NCBI RefSeq assembly: GCF_009914755.1
Contig: NC_060927.1
DNA: 64,000 nucleotides
DNA from: the human T2T-CHM13v2.0 reference genome, Homo sapiens
Direction: 5' to 3' (one strand)
Under the pieces are notes generated by a model. The model was not told the DNA's origin. It did no database searches and saw only the letters and a program-made list of their open reading frames with translations. The stretch's first letter is position 1. The number at the start of each line of letters is the position of its first letter. Shown here one piece after another: positions 46,097-58,483 of this stretch. A program made the position numbers and the translations under genes.

Positions 46097-46512
46097 TAAA
46101 GTATGATTTCTTAATACATGAGATGTTTTAAATATGTAACAATATTTATCACAAATAATATTTTGTCTCAATGTGATATAAAAATTACTAATAAATCAAT
46201 TCTGTGTTGGTTACCACAAAGCTATCTGGAAATGTAACATCTGCCATTTAGAAAATTTTTGTAGAGTTAATAGAACTTTACCTGAAGGGAGGCTGGCAAT
46301 ATGCATCATGATTTCAAATATTGTATTAATTGTTTTGTAATTTTGTGTTTTTTAAAACTAAACTTATTAAATTGGTTGTATATTACTTTAGGTAGCATTA
46401 TTTGGTGATGAGAGAATAATATGCAAAATATAAGAGTTCCTTATTATAAAAATATCCTGTTTTATATTACTACCACTTCCTCTGAAAGTTTAAAATTTTA
46501 ATTTTCTAATTA

Positions 46513-46715
<203 letters not shown>

Positions 46716-46954
46716 GTTATATTATGTTGAGATTAAAAAAATAAATGACATGATTTGTCTACAGATCTTTATTACTCTACCTCATTTACATTAAATTTAT
46801 GAACAACTTAAATAATAACACACAGGGCTTTTATTATTATTATTGTGATAATTTCTTTGTCAACATCATTTTTACCATGTTGTATAAACAGCATTGTAAG
46901 ACCTGTGACTGGTCATTGACAATATATACAATATGTGTATATTTGTACGCAGGA

Positions 46955-47315
<361 letters not shown>

Positions 47316-48789
47316 TGATCAAGCCCTTCCACTGTTTTCTGTCTTTTATCTCTGCAATAACAGTTCCGCTACTGTTTTCCTCAATGAGCTAAGAATTAAA
47401 CGTCTTGAGATCATAAATGCCTATGTTTGTAAACATTGTGATTCTGCCTGCACCCCACGTTAAGTTAAATTGTCAGAGAAATTGAGATGCATTTTAGTTA
47501 TTTGGTTATTATCTTATAATTATTCTTTTGGCATTTCTGCATTTCACAAGGTTCTTTTCATGGAAATATCTAGTTAGAAAGAATAATACTTTTCTAAAAT
47601 TGTGAGCTCAGTTTCTCAGGTTGCCAACTATTGCCACTGCACTAACCAACCTTCCTTCATCTGTCACATGAAACTCTCATAATCACTTTATGTTGTTGAT
47701 AACCAGTCACAGGTCTTACAGTGCCGTTTATAGAATATGATCAAAGTAGTGTTGACTAAGAAATTATCAATATAATAATAAAACAGCCCAGTATTTTATT
47801 ATATAAGTTGTATATATATTTAATTTAAGCCAGACAGAGTACAAAGATCTGTAGACAAATCGTGCCATTTAAAAAAAATCTCAACAAATTTGACATTATT
47901 ATGAAGATGAAGAAACAGATTTATCAAGCTCTATTTTCTTTAAATTATTTTTTTATTATACTCTCTTTTATTATATTATTTATACTCTTTTATTAGACTC
48001 ACGTCCTCAGGTGCAGGTGCCGGGCCCTCCTCCAACAGTGATCTCCGGCTCCCTCCCCGCTCAGGGGCCACTCTGCTCTGATACGGGCTCTGATGCCGGC
48101 CTGCAGCTCCCCTGCTCTTGGTTTCTGCCTGGTGTCACCTTCTTCCACGACACCCAGTCCCAGGATGACTGACGCCCAGGGAGATCTGTCGCCTCTCCGC
48201 AGAGACCACGTGTGTTCACCCTCGGCAGCAACACGCTGCTCCTTCCTCAAGGTGTCCTGAGGCATTGTGCATTTTCACCATTTCTGGGATGTAAAGAAGG
48301 AGGAATATTTGTCAGATAGAGAGAATACCGGTTCAGATGGTTGGTGGCTCAGATAGAGGTGGGGTTTGTTCCAGCCAGCAGCCCGTCCTGAGAACCAGGC
48401 TGGAAGAAACACCCTTCCCTGTGGCACCACAACACCTACACCGAGGTGTCTGTGCTGCCTGGAAAGCACAGCGGGTCTCCCCAGTGCTGGGGTCATCCGG
48501 AGAGCCAAGCACCTTCCAGGGGGGCCTCGAAGTGGGGGCACAGGCCCCCCAGGGTGCCCAGGCCAGACCGCCTCCTCTCAGGTGGTTCAGCAAGAGCTTC
48601 CTTCTGCCTCAGATCCTTCCAGGGTGTGGACTTTCTTTTCTTATGATTCTTTTCTGACTTCACCTTACGTTACTCCTCTCCATACCTAGATGGTAAGCCC
48701 GGTGAAGGCAGGGACCCAGCCTCCCTCATTTGCAAAGCAACCACAGTCCCTGCCTTTGAGCTGGGCTGTGGGTGCCAAGCTGGAGAGCA

Positions 48790-49230
48790 TTTCGCCCTCT
48801 CCCACTGCTGCTGAACAGAAACCACAAATTTAGTGGTTTAAAATAGCACAGATTCCTTCTCTTGCAGAGCTGGAGGTCAGAAGTCCGAAATGAGTTTCAC
48901 TGAGCCAAAGCCAGGGAGTCAGCAGGGCTGGTCCCTCTGGAGGCTGCAGAACACCTGCTCTGCACCTCCTCTGACCTCTGCAGCTACTCGGCACCCAGGA
49001 CAGCTGTGCGGCCTCTGCTGTGTCTGAGCTGCTGTTGTTCCATGGCCCTCTCTGTGAGCTTGCTGCCTCCCTCTCATAAGGGCCCTCTCATAAGTCGTCT
49101 GGATGACCCAGAACAACCTCCCAATCTCTAGACACTTATCCCGACTCCATCCATAGAGTGCCTGTTGCATGTAAGGTAACGTGCCCACGGGTTCGTGGGA
49201 TTAGGATGTGCACACCTTTGGGGGCCTGAT
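48790..49230 (-). mobile_element. MLT1 (MaLR) LTR
   Basis: 'accacaaatttagtggtttaaaatagcac...ctggaggtcagaagtccgaaatgagtttcactg...ggattaggatgtgcacacctttggggg'. Confidence 0.75.
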
Positions 49231-51255
49231 GTAGCTGACCATGCCCACATCTGGTGGGAACCCACCTTCAGGGTTTCTTCTCCTTGGTCACAGGCTACAG
49301 CCCAAGACAAATGTCCCAGAGCCTGGAGCAGGGCCCCCCTCCCCCACTTTCCCCAAAGAGGCTGGCGTGGGAACAAAGCCCCTGTGTGGTCAGGAGCTGG
49401 GAGGGCAAGACAACAGAACAACAGGACAAGAGGACAACAGAACAACAGGGCAACAGCCATCCCAGCTGGAGAAGATTCTCAGGGCTGAGGTGGAGGAGGT
49501 CGGGCCTCAGCCGGGCTCAGAGTGGAACTGCTGGTCCTCCTGTCACAGGAGGGAGGGGCAGTGGGACGGGAAGAGAGGGCCTTGAGATCAAGCCATGCCC
49601 TGCTGAAGCCTGGCAGAGGGGCTGTGCCTCTGGGCAGCTGGTGTGAGCTGTCGTCTCGTGCAGCTGGTCTAGGATGGGGCAGAGGCTCTGCCTTGACCTC
49701 TCCCACCCCTGGTGCCATTTGCCCCTCCACTCCAGGTGAGCACAGCTGGAGCAGCAGCTACCTCGAGGACTGGTGGCCTTTGAGGTTTTCCCGATGGACT
49801 ATTCAGCTTCTACCAGCGGGGCCCCGTGACTGCACTGCCTCCTGGGAGCTGCTACTGGGAGAGGCAGCGGTACAATCCCCCCTGCCTAGAGTCGACAAGG
49901 GGCTTCCCCCACTGAGCTGAGACAAGGCCTTCTGTCTGCATCATGAAGCTGCGATCGCAGCTTCCTACAGCTATGAAACTCCCAGCTCAACCCACCCAGA
50001 CTCAGTTCTGTTCCCTGAGACCTTCAGTCACAATGGCACACCTCGCCTGGTGTGGAACCTCCTGCTGTTTACAGTGATGAGCCCAGGGTGAGCAGAGACA
50101 AAGCACCAAGACACGCTCGTCAGAGAAGGGCTGGGCAGGACAGACACAGGCGGACAGGGTGGCCAGAGAGGCCGTGAGAAACGGACAAAACAGAGGGGGT
50201 GCATTTATCATCCCTTCCTCAGCACCTGACGCCAGGCAGGCCCTGTGCCTCCCCAGTCCAACTCTTCCAGGCATGGCAGATGCTTGATAATTCCTGCGAC
50301 TGACCCAAAGGCTTCACAGGTCAGATTCCAGCCAGGCCGAGCCTGTGAAAAGACTTTCTTCAGAAAGTCCAGACCATGGCGATCATGGCCATTAAGGCTG
50401 GAAATGTTGGAAGACCTGCAGGGCACTGGGCTTGTACCTTGGCCTCTTGGACATGCCCCCTCCTCCCTCGTCTCTCCCCAGGGAGAGTCAGTGATGGTTC
50501 ACCTGGTGCCAGGCTGTTCCCCATCCAGCAGGAGCCATTAGGGAGGAGCAGGTGGGCTGGGCCCCACAGACTGAGAGAGTCAGGTCCCCAGCCCTGGAGA
50601 AGGGCATTTTAATGAGTGTATTTGGCCAATGGCCAGTCACTGAGGCTGTGATCCTCCCCTGTCTCCGAGAAGCCCCAACATGGAAGGCTCAGGATAGAAT
50701 ATCCCCACGACCCTGCTCACCACCCTTCCCATGAGGCTCTGTCATGGGAGGCTGGATGCAGTGTGTCTTTAAAATGGTCTGCCCATCTCAGTCTCAAACT
50801 TTGGAAAGGGTTAACATAGCATTCCATGACCAGGATGCTGGGACTTTGAAGTTTCCCCTGCTAAACTGGACAGAGCCTCAAAAGAGCTCTTCCTCAAGCT
50901 GATTTAACCAGTCATTGGGTGGCACAGGCCATCAGCACTGAAGGCCGGCAGCAGAGAGATAAAGGGATGCAGCATCACTTATGCAAAAGCAGAATAAGAT
51001 ATTACCCCTTGCAGATGGCTTCTGGCATTTACCTTGTTGGATCTCATGTTAGCAACGACCGCCAACACTTCTGAATGGCAACACTTAACGAGAGTCTTTT
51101 CATTCTCCATGAAAAGAGTTGTCACAGAAAAATTTAAAGGGAAAGTGGCTTTAAACTGCCCATATCAAGTAGGAGTCTCCGGGGCTTGGCTGAGCCAGCG
51201 TTCCTCCTTTTAACTCTTCCATGTCGTTAGAGAGCCAGAGTTTGAAAGCCCTGGG

Positions 51256-51702
51256 ACAGAAGAGGAGGAAGAAAAGGAAGACGAGGAGGACAAGGGGGAG
51301 GGAGAGGACAAGGAGGAGGCAGAGGAGGAGAATTAGGAAGAGGAAGAGGGGGATGAGGAGGAGGAGAGGGAGGAGGACAAGGAGGAGGTGAAGGAGGAGG
51401 AGTCAGGGAGAAGGAGGAGGAGAGGGAGGAGGACAAGGAGGAGGTGAAGGAGGAGGAGTCGGGGAGAAGGAGGAGGAGTTGGGGAGAAGGAGGAGGAATC
51501 GGGGAGAAGGAGGAGAATAAGGAGGGGGAGAAGGAGGAGGAGAAGGAGGACTAGGAGGAAGAGGAGAATGACAAGGAGGGGGATAAGGAGGACAAGGAGG
51601 ACAATGGATGAGGAGGAGGGAGAGGAGGAGGAGGGGTGGGAGAAGGAGAAGGGGGACAAGGGGGAGAAGGAGTGGGGGAGATGGAGGGGCCAGAGGAGGA
51701 GG
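51256..51702. repeat. Polypurine (GGA/GAA-rich) low-complexity tract
   Basis: About 450 bp almost entirely G/A on the + strand, with internal sub-repeats such as 'ggacaaggaggaggtgaaggaggaggagtc' x2. Confidence 0.92.
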
Positions 51703-52009
51703 CAGCCGTGGTGGCTTGGGCGAGGCGTTGGATCCAGGGCCTCCTTGGCTGTTGCCTCCCTCTAGACCTCAGTCTCCCGTCCTGTGAAATGGGCAGGCAC
51801 TGAGGACCCTGTAGCATCCCCAGCCCATGAGTGCTCACCCCCTTGATGAGCAGCATCACTAGCATGTAGAAATACGTTGGATTTAAGATATTTCCAAGCC
51901 ATGGTCCTAAGTGGTGGCCACATTCCAGGCTGTCCCCAGAGGCGATGAGGATCCGGTTGCTTGGCATAAGCCTCACTGTCGTGTTGCCAGCCTTTCCACC
52001 TGCACCCTG

Positions 52010-54140
52010 GCGGGCGTGCAGGGTGTCCCACTGAGATTTTTCAGTTGCACTTCCTGATCACTACGAGGCTGAGCAGCTTTTCTCAAACTCATCAGCTATT
52101 TGTGTATCTTCCAAAGTGTTTGCTCAAGTCTTTGCCCGTTTTTTAGAATTGGGCAGTAGTCTGTTGATTGCTGGGTCTCCAGAGTTGCTTACACATTCTT
52201 CATGGAGGTCTTTCATCAGGTGTCCCTGTTGTGTGTATTTTCACCCAATGACTTCCATTTTCTTGAAGTCCAATTTATCAATCTCCCTCCTTCCCCTGTG
52301 GCTGGTTTTTTAAAATGAAGTTTTTTTATTTTAGAGCCATTTCGAGTTTACAGAATTGTTATAAAGATAGTGCCGGGTTCCCATATACTTCACACAGTTT
52401 GCTTATTATTAATGCCTTACATTATAATGGTACATTTGTCAGAATTAGCAAACAAACGTTGCTACATAATCATTGACTAAAGCCCACAGTTCATTTGGTT
52501 TGTTCTCGGGTGGCCGTTTTGTGGGCCGGGATCCCATCCAGGATCCCATCCAGGATCCCGTGTGACATTTGCTTGTCACATCTCCCTAGGGTCCTCTGGG
52601 CCGTGACAGTTTCTCAGACCTTCCTTGTTTTCTGTGATCTTGAAAGTTCTGAGAAGCTGGGCTCAGGCATCTGGGGGAGTGTCTGTCTGCCGGGGTTCGT
52701 GTGAAGTCTTTTTTTCATGATCAGATTCCGGCTGTGGGCTCCTTGGAGGAAGAGCAGAGGTGAGGCACTTCTCATGCCACCACATCAGGGGTCCTGCCTC
52801 GGCCCGGCTCACTGCTGATGTTGACCTCGGCTACCTGGCAGAGTGTGCTGGCCAGGTTTCTCCAGCATGAAGTCACTCTCGTTTCCCTCGTAAGTTATAC
52901 TCTAGTTTATCAATCTTCTAGTTTATGGCTTGTGTCTTCTCTATGAAACCCTTGCCTAACCTCTCAGTTTCGAAGGTATGAGAAGGAGGAGTCAAGATTC
53001 TTTTTTCTTTTCATGTGGATATCCAGTTTTGTTTTATTTATTTATATATTTTATATTTTAGAGACAGGATCTCACTCTATCGCCCAAGCTGCGATCACAG
53101 CTTACTGCAGCCTGAAACCCCTGGGCTCAAGGGATCCTCCTGCCTCAGTGTGCACCTCCGTGCCTGGCCTACATCTCTGTGTAGAGACACAGAGTCTTAT
53201 GACGTTGCCCACGCTGGTCTCAAACTTCTGGGCCCAAGCAATCCTCCCACCTTGGCATCCCAAAGTCCTGGGACTACAGGCATGAGCCCCACTACGCCTG
53301 GCCTGATATCCAGTTATTTCAGTACCATGTTTCCCCCTGTGGTTTTGGCCTGCTTGTTGAAAATCATGGGATGGTGCCTGTCAGCCTATTTCTGTAATCT
53401 CTGCTCTATGCCAGTGAGCTATTTCTTTATGGCCTTACTGGTGCAAGATTTGACAACTCTTCTGATGGTGCCGTTCCTTTCCAGATGGCTGTGGCTGCCC
53501 TTAGACCTTCACTTCTCTATGAACTTCTAAATCATCCTGTTAATTTAGAGGAAAAGTCCACAGGGACTCCAATTGAGATTTCATTGAATGATTAGATCAA
53601 TTTGTGAAGAATTAGACATGGTATATTTAGAGATATATCTCTCAGATAATTTTTGGTGTAGAGGTTTTCACATATATTGTGAAATTTATCCCTAAGTATT
53701 TGATTTTACTATTATAGATAGTATTTTTGACTTCATTTTAAATTAGTCATCAGCAGTATATAGAAATACAGCCTATCTTTATATGTTGACCTGGTGTCCT
53801 GTGATGTTTTAAATTAGTCATCAGTAGTATATAGAAATACAACTGATCTTTACATATTGACTTGGTGTCCTGTGATGTTGCAGAATTCACTTATTGGTTC
53901 AAGTTGATTTTTTGTGGATCCCTTAGGATTTGCCACCTCATTTCACCTGTAAATGAGGATAGTTTTACTTATTTCTTTCCAATATTTATACTTTTCTTTT
54001 CCTCATCTCTTTGCACTGGCTGGAACCTCCCAGCCCAATGCTCACTAGAAGAGATGAAAACAAAAACAGAAACCCTTCCCTTTCTCCCCGTTTTAGGGGG
54101 AGTTATTGAGTATTTCATCATTTGTTATGATGTTGGCTAT
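52010..54140 (-). mobile_element. Old L1 fragments (L1MC/MD-like 3' end near 52310-52890 within L1ME-like sequence)
   Basis: 'ggtacatttgtcagaatt', 'ggatcccatccaggat', 'gtgacagtttctcagaccttccttgtttt', 'ttcattgaatgattagatcaatttg'. Confidence 0.65.
53050..53304 (-). mobile_element. AluJ
   Basis: 'gagacaggatctcactctatcgccca', 'ctgggctcaagggatcctcctgcctcag', 'caggcatgagccc'. Confidence 0.8.
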
Positions 54141-57100
54141 AGAAAAAAAAAAGTCTGTTTTTAACAGTGCTAGCCACTGGGAGAGTAAGCACCTGCCCTT
54201 ATCTGAAGGCAGGGACTTCTGAAGGCCTCTGTGCTGAGTTCCAAATGACTTCCAGGTCACAATTAGCTCCTGGATGTTTACAGACAGAGTTGCAGAGACG
54301 TTCCTGGGTCCCATGACCCTCGTTGGACCCCAGGCATGCAGAGGGGAAAGCAGCATCCTCAGGCCCAGCCCAGGCGAGTGTCCTGCCTCTCTCACTGTCA
54401 GGGACACCAGGAGCTTGCAGCAATGGTCCTAACCGCTCCCTGCTCCTTCTCCACTTTATGGTCCTTACAACTAGGTGATCCCCTGCTCCAGGATCTCAAT
54501 CATAAAGGGTAGAGAAGCATCTGCGTGAGGCAAAGGTGGACCTGAAAGCCAGGCCAGTGTTCGTCCCCACTCGGCCTTTGTTGCTCTGTCTCGTCCAGGC
54601 TAGGACCTGCATGTGTCAGGGAAGCAGCTGGCTGAGCTCATGGGGGCAGAGAACCACCAATGAGGTGGGGGAAGAAGGGTCACGCTTCATTTAGAGGGGC
54701 ACACAGTGCAGAGGAGGCCAAGCCTAGCCAGGCAAGACGTGCATCCTGAGTGAGGCGGGTAAGACCACCTGCATTCAATGTGCCCCCTGTGTCTCCCCAC
54801 TTCTCAACTCTTGTCACACACTGGACAAGCAGAGACAGGAAAGAATCACTCCGTGTCATTGAATAAACTGGTTTAGAGCTCTGTCTGATAAAACTACAGT
54901 GAACAGAGAAGAAAAGAGCCATCGCGTTTTCACGTGTGGCCGGCCTGGGTGCAGCCTTCTGAGGGATCCCTGGAAGCCTCAAAGCTGTTTCATCTCGGGC
55001 GAGGTTTGGGGTCCTCTGATATTTGTGGATTCTCTACCATATGGGAGACCTAAAGGCTCAGAACATGAAAAGTGTTGGGAGCTTTAAACTACTATCTTCT
55101 CTTTTCCTTTGGTATAATGCACGAGAGCAAAATGTACAAACGGATCTCCTTATATTCAAGGTACAGACCAAGGAATGAAACCCAGGGAGCAAAAGGCACG
55201 GCAGACAGCAGCAGGGCCAGGGCTGTGTCCAGTCCTCTGAAGACTGCGGGGTCTGCATAAAGGAGGCCCTGTCTCTTCCCCTTGGGCTGCTCGAACCACA
55301 CAAGCTGATGTCAGGAGTGACTAAATCTACCCTAATTAATAGACCATTTGACTCAAGTCTGAGCTAGGAAGCAAACACACAAAAGGGGTTCCTATAAAAA
55401 CACCAGCAGAGGCGTGGAGCCGTTTCGGCGTGCTGTGGAGAGAGCTAACTCCTGGCTGCTGATCTCTTGAGGCCACGTGAGGGCCCCCCTCCCTGGCTTG
55501 GCCACCCACACCTCCCCTGGGCCGGCACCTTCTTATCTGGATGAAAGCAATTCCCACCTCACGGGAAAGTTTTAGGCAACATTGTTTATTGCCTGCAAAT
55601 CTCCCTGTGTGGTCTTGCTGAGGGACCAGCAAAAGCAAGTTGCTTCTGCTCTCTGTTGACTTTGGCCAGAGCATCTTTTGACTGAGATTTGACTGAATCA
55701 CCACCGTCTGACAGTTATGAAGGATTTGATTTATTCTGGACACCGGCCTTCTCCAAGCTGGTGGCTAATAAGGTCCTATGAATGTTGTTAGCTGTTGACT
55801 GTGGACCACATAATTTCTCAGATTCTGCACCTCTTTGGAGCACTAGCTGGGCGCTGCCTGGAGGAACTTTCTCATGGTGGAAATGTCAACAGATGGTTAG
55901 CTGTTCAGGGGCACCCCATCCACCAGGCGAGCTCAAAGCAAATGTCCTTCTGGAGTGAGTGCATGAGTCCAGGAAGGCCAGGCATGTCGTTGTGTAGGGC
56001 CATGAGTCCACGAGGAAATGAGGTGCCAGTCCCCCTGCTCCTCACAGGGATAGACCGGGACTCACTTCCGACCAGTTAATTAATGGACTGGAGACTTGTG
56101 ACCCACCTGAGGACCAAGTCCTCGCAGGACACTGGGTAGAATGATAAAGACAAGCAGTGGCATGACCTCTAATGCCAGAGTAGGAACGTGTGCCCCATGC
56201 CCACCCGGGTCGCTAGGCCTTTACTGCAGCCGAGGCACTGCCTCTGTCTGGTCTTGGGTGCTGAGAGGCCGGGACCTGCTGCGGCCTGTTGGATGCAGCT
56301 CATGCTCCCTCCCGAGTCTGTGGCAGAGAGCAGTAGGGGCTCAGGGCAGCAGAAGGCCCAGGGAGAGGAGGGGGTCCTCCCTGTCCAGGTGAGAGCCTTT
56401 GACCATCCCAAGAGCCGGGGTGCCCAGTCGTCCTTCAGCACTGGGCCTTCCAGCAGGCCAAGGGAGACACTATCAGAACCTCATCATAGGCTGTTTAAGG
56501 CTTAAGTGAGGTTGACAGGTGAAATGCTGAGAACAGTGGCCCCTTGCAAGCGTTTTATGGAGGTAGTGTATTCTCTGTGTGGATGCAGGTGGGGAGAAGT
56601 GGAAGGAAGGACGCACGAGAGCCAGCCTGCGACACCTAAGGACAGAAACACCTCCCTCAGCCCAGCCGGCTGCTGACTCCATGCGAAGAGGGACACCGAC
56701 CCTTACAATCTCACAGTGTCCTGCCCCTGCCCCTGCCCCTGTGAGGTGGGAATCATTATGCTTATTTCACAGACGCAGAAACTCAGAGGGCTTAAGGGTG
56801 ATTGAAGGTTGCTCCAGGCCTGGACTCGAATCTGTGTCTTTGCTTCCTAGGGCGATGCTCCTTCCATCAAAACCAGAGTGTCCCAGCTCTAGATTCCCCA
56901 CCCAATCCCCATGGCCCCCACTCACCACCTCCTGTGGCTGTCTCAGCACCTCCATCGTGAATCCGTGCATCCCTTCAGACGACTGCCTTCCGATGCGGCC
57001 CCTGACCTGCACCCCCTCCCATCACTGAATAGGACTCCTTTTCTCCTGGATTTCCTGTAGGAAATTTCAAAATGCTCTCCAGGTTTTCTGTGGGTGGATT

Positions 57101-58043
57101 CTCTCTCTGGATCTTTCTAAGTGAGTCCTGTGTTTCACCACAGCTCCCCCCACACAGTTGAGCAGCTGTACCGTGGGGAGGCTTGGTCCTCTTGCCCCAT
57201 TTGTGTGATGTCTATTGCAGTCATGCCAGGGTCCTGACGTCAGAGCTCCACCCTGACATGTGCTCATGCCGGTTTACAAACTCTCCCAGGACCAGGCCCC
57301 CATCCCTCTTCCAGGACAGGCTCTGGAGCTCCAGCTATTAACAGAAACATTCCAGCCAGCATCCCCAGCGACCCTCAGCCTCCCACGCCGCTGTGTCTTC
57401 ATGACCACAGCCTGGCCACCACACAGCTCCCCCTCGAGGACTGTGACCACTTCCAGCCATTGTCTCTTTGGGCCATGCGGGATATATTCCCATTTCCCCA
57501 TTCAGCTGGGAGATTTTACCAAGGGATTTTTCTCTCCTGGCTCCAATGCCAGCAAGACCATGAACAGCTGTGTCATTTTCACTTTCAAGCCTCAGCTTCT
57601 GTACATAAAAGAATACAGTTAATAATGATTTCCTCCTCCTGAGTTGCTATCGAATGAAATGAGGTTATGCACACACACGGCAAGGACCTGCGTCTGGCAG
57701 GAACAACATCTCGTTCATCGTCACGAGTGCTTCCCCTTGTGTCTTCCCTCCTGTGTGTGAGATGGGGGCTCCCAGGCCTCCCCAACAAAATACACTTTTC
57801 CAGCTTTTAGAGGCCAGCATTCCTAACTCCTTGCAATAAATCCCTATCATAGTACAAATGTAAACACATCACGGTATAACTCAAATCAACTGCCCCTGAT
57901 TTTGCCATGTTTCAACCTTTTGTTGCCATCGGCCTCCTAAACAATGGCTTTAATGGAAACACAGGTATGTAAGCTTGGAAGCTGCTCAAACATCTGAGTC
58001 ATTCAGAAATAAAACACTTGTTGAGCAGCTAGTCTGTGCCAGT

Positions 58044-58483
58044 TGTATTAGAGTTCTCCATAGAAACAGAACCAATAGGATGTACACAGAGAGAGGGATG
58101 AGCAGGAATTTTTCATGTGACTTGGCTCATGTGATTATGGAGGATGAGAAGTCCTGCTGCCATCTACAAGCTGGAGAACCAGGGAAGTTGCTGGTGTACG
58201 TCCCGGAGTCCAAAGGCCTGAGAACCCCGAGTTCTGATGTTTGGGGGCAGGAGAAGATGGATGTCTCAGATCCAGAATAAGGAAAGAATTCACCCTTCCT
58301 CTGCCTTTTTGTTCTATCTGGGCCCTCAGCCTTTGGGGAGCGTGGATTTTCCCACTCACTCCCCTGATTCAAATGCTGATCTCTTCTGGAAACGCCCTCT
58401 CAGGCGCACTTAGAAAGCATGTTTTATCAGCTATCTGGGTTTCCCTCAGCCTAGTCAAGTTGACACCTAAAATTAACCAACCA
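58044..58483 (-). mobile_element. MLT2 (ERVL) LTR
   Basis: 'tgtattagagttctccatagaaacagaaccaatagga...gtcaagttgacacctaaaattaacca'. Confidence 0.85.

Noticed and set aside
51227-51976. Poly-Leu/Ser/Pro/Glu ORFs resembling transmembrane or acidic proteins
   Set aside because: Translations of the GGA low-complexity tract.
53736-53879. 71-bp tandem duplication (also small ones near 40086-40130 and 52529-52559)
   Set aside because: Ordinary local duplications inside old L1 sequence with no sign of function.
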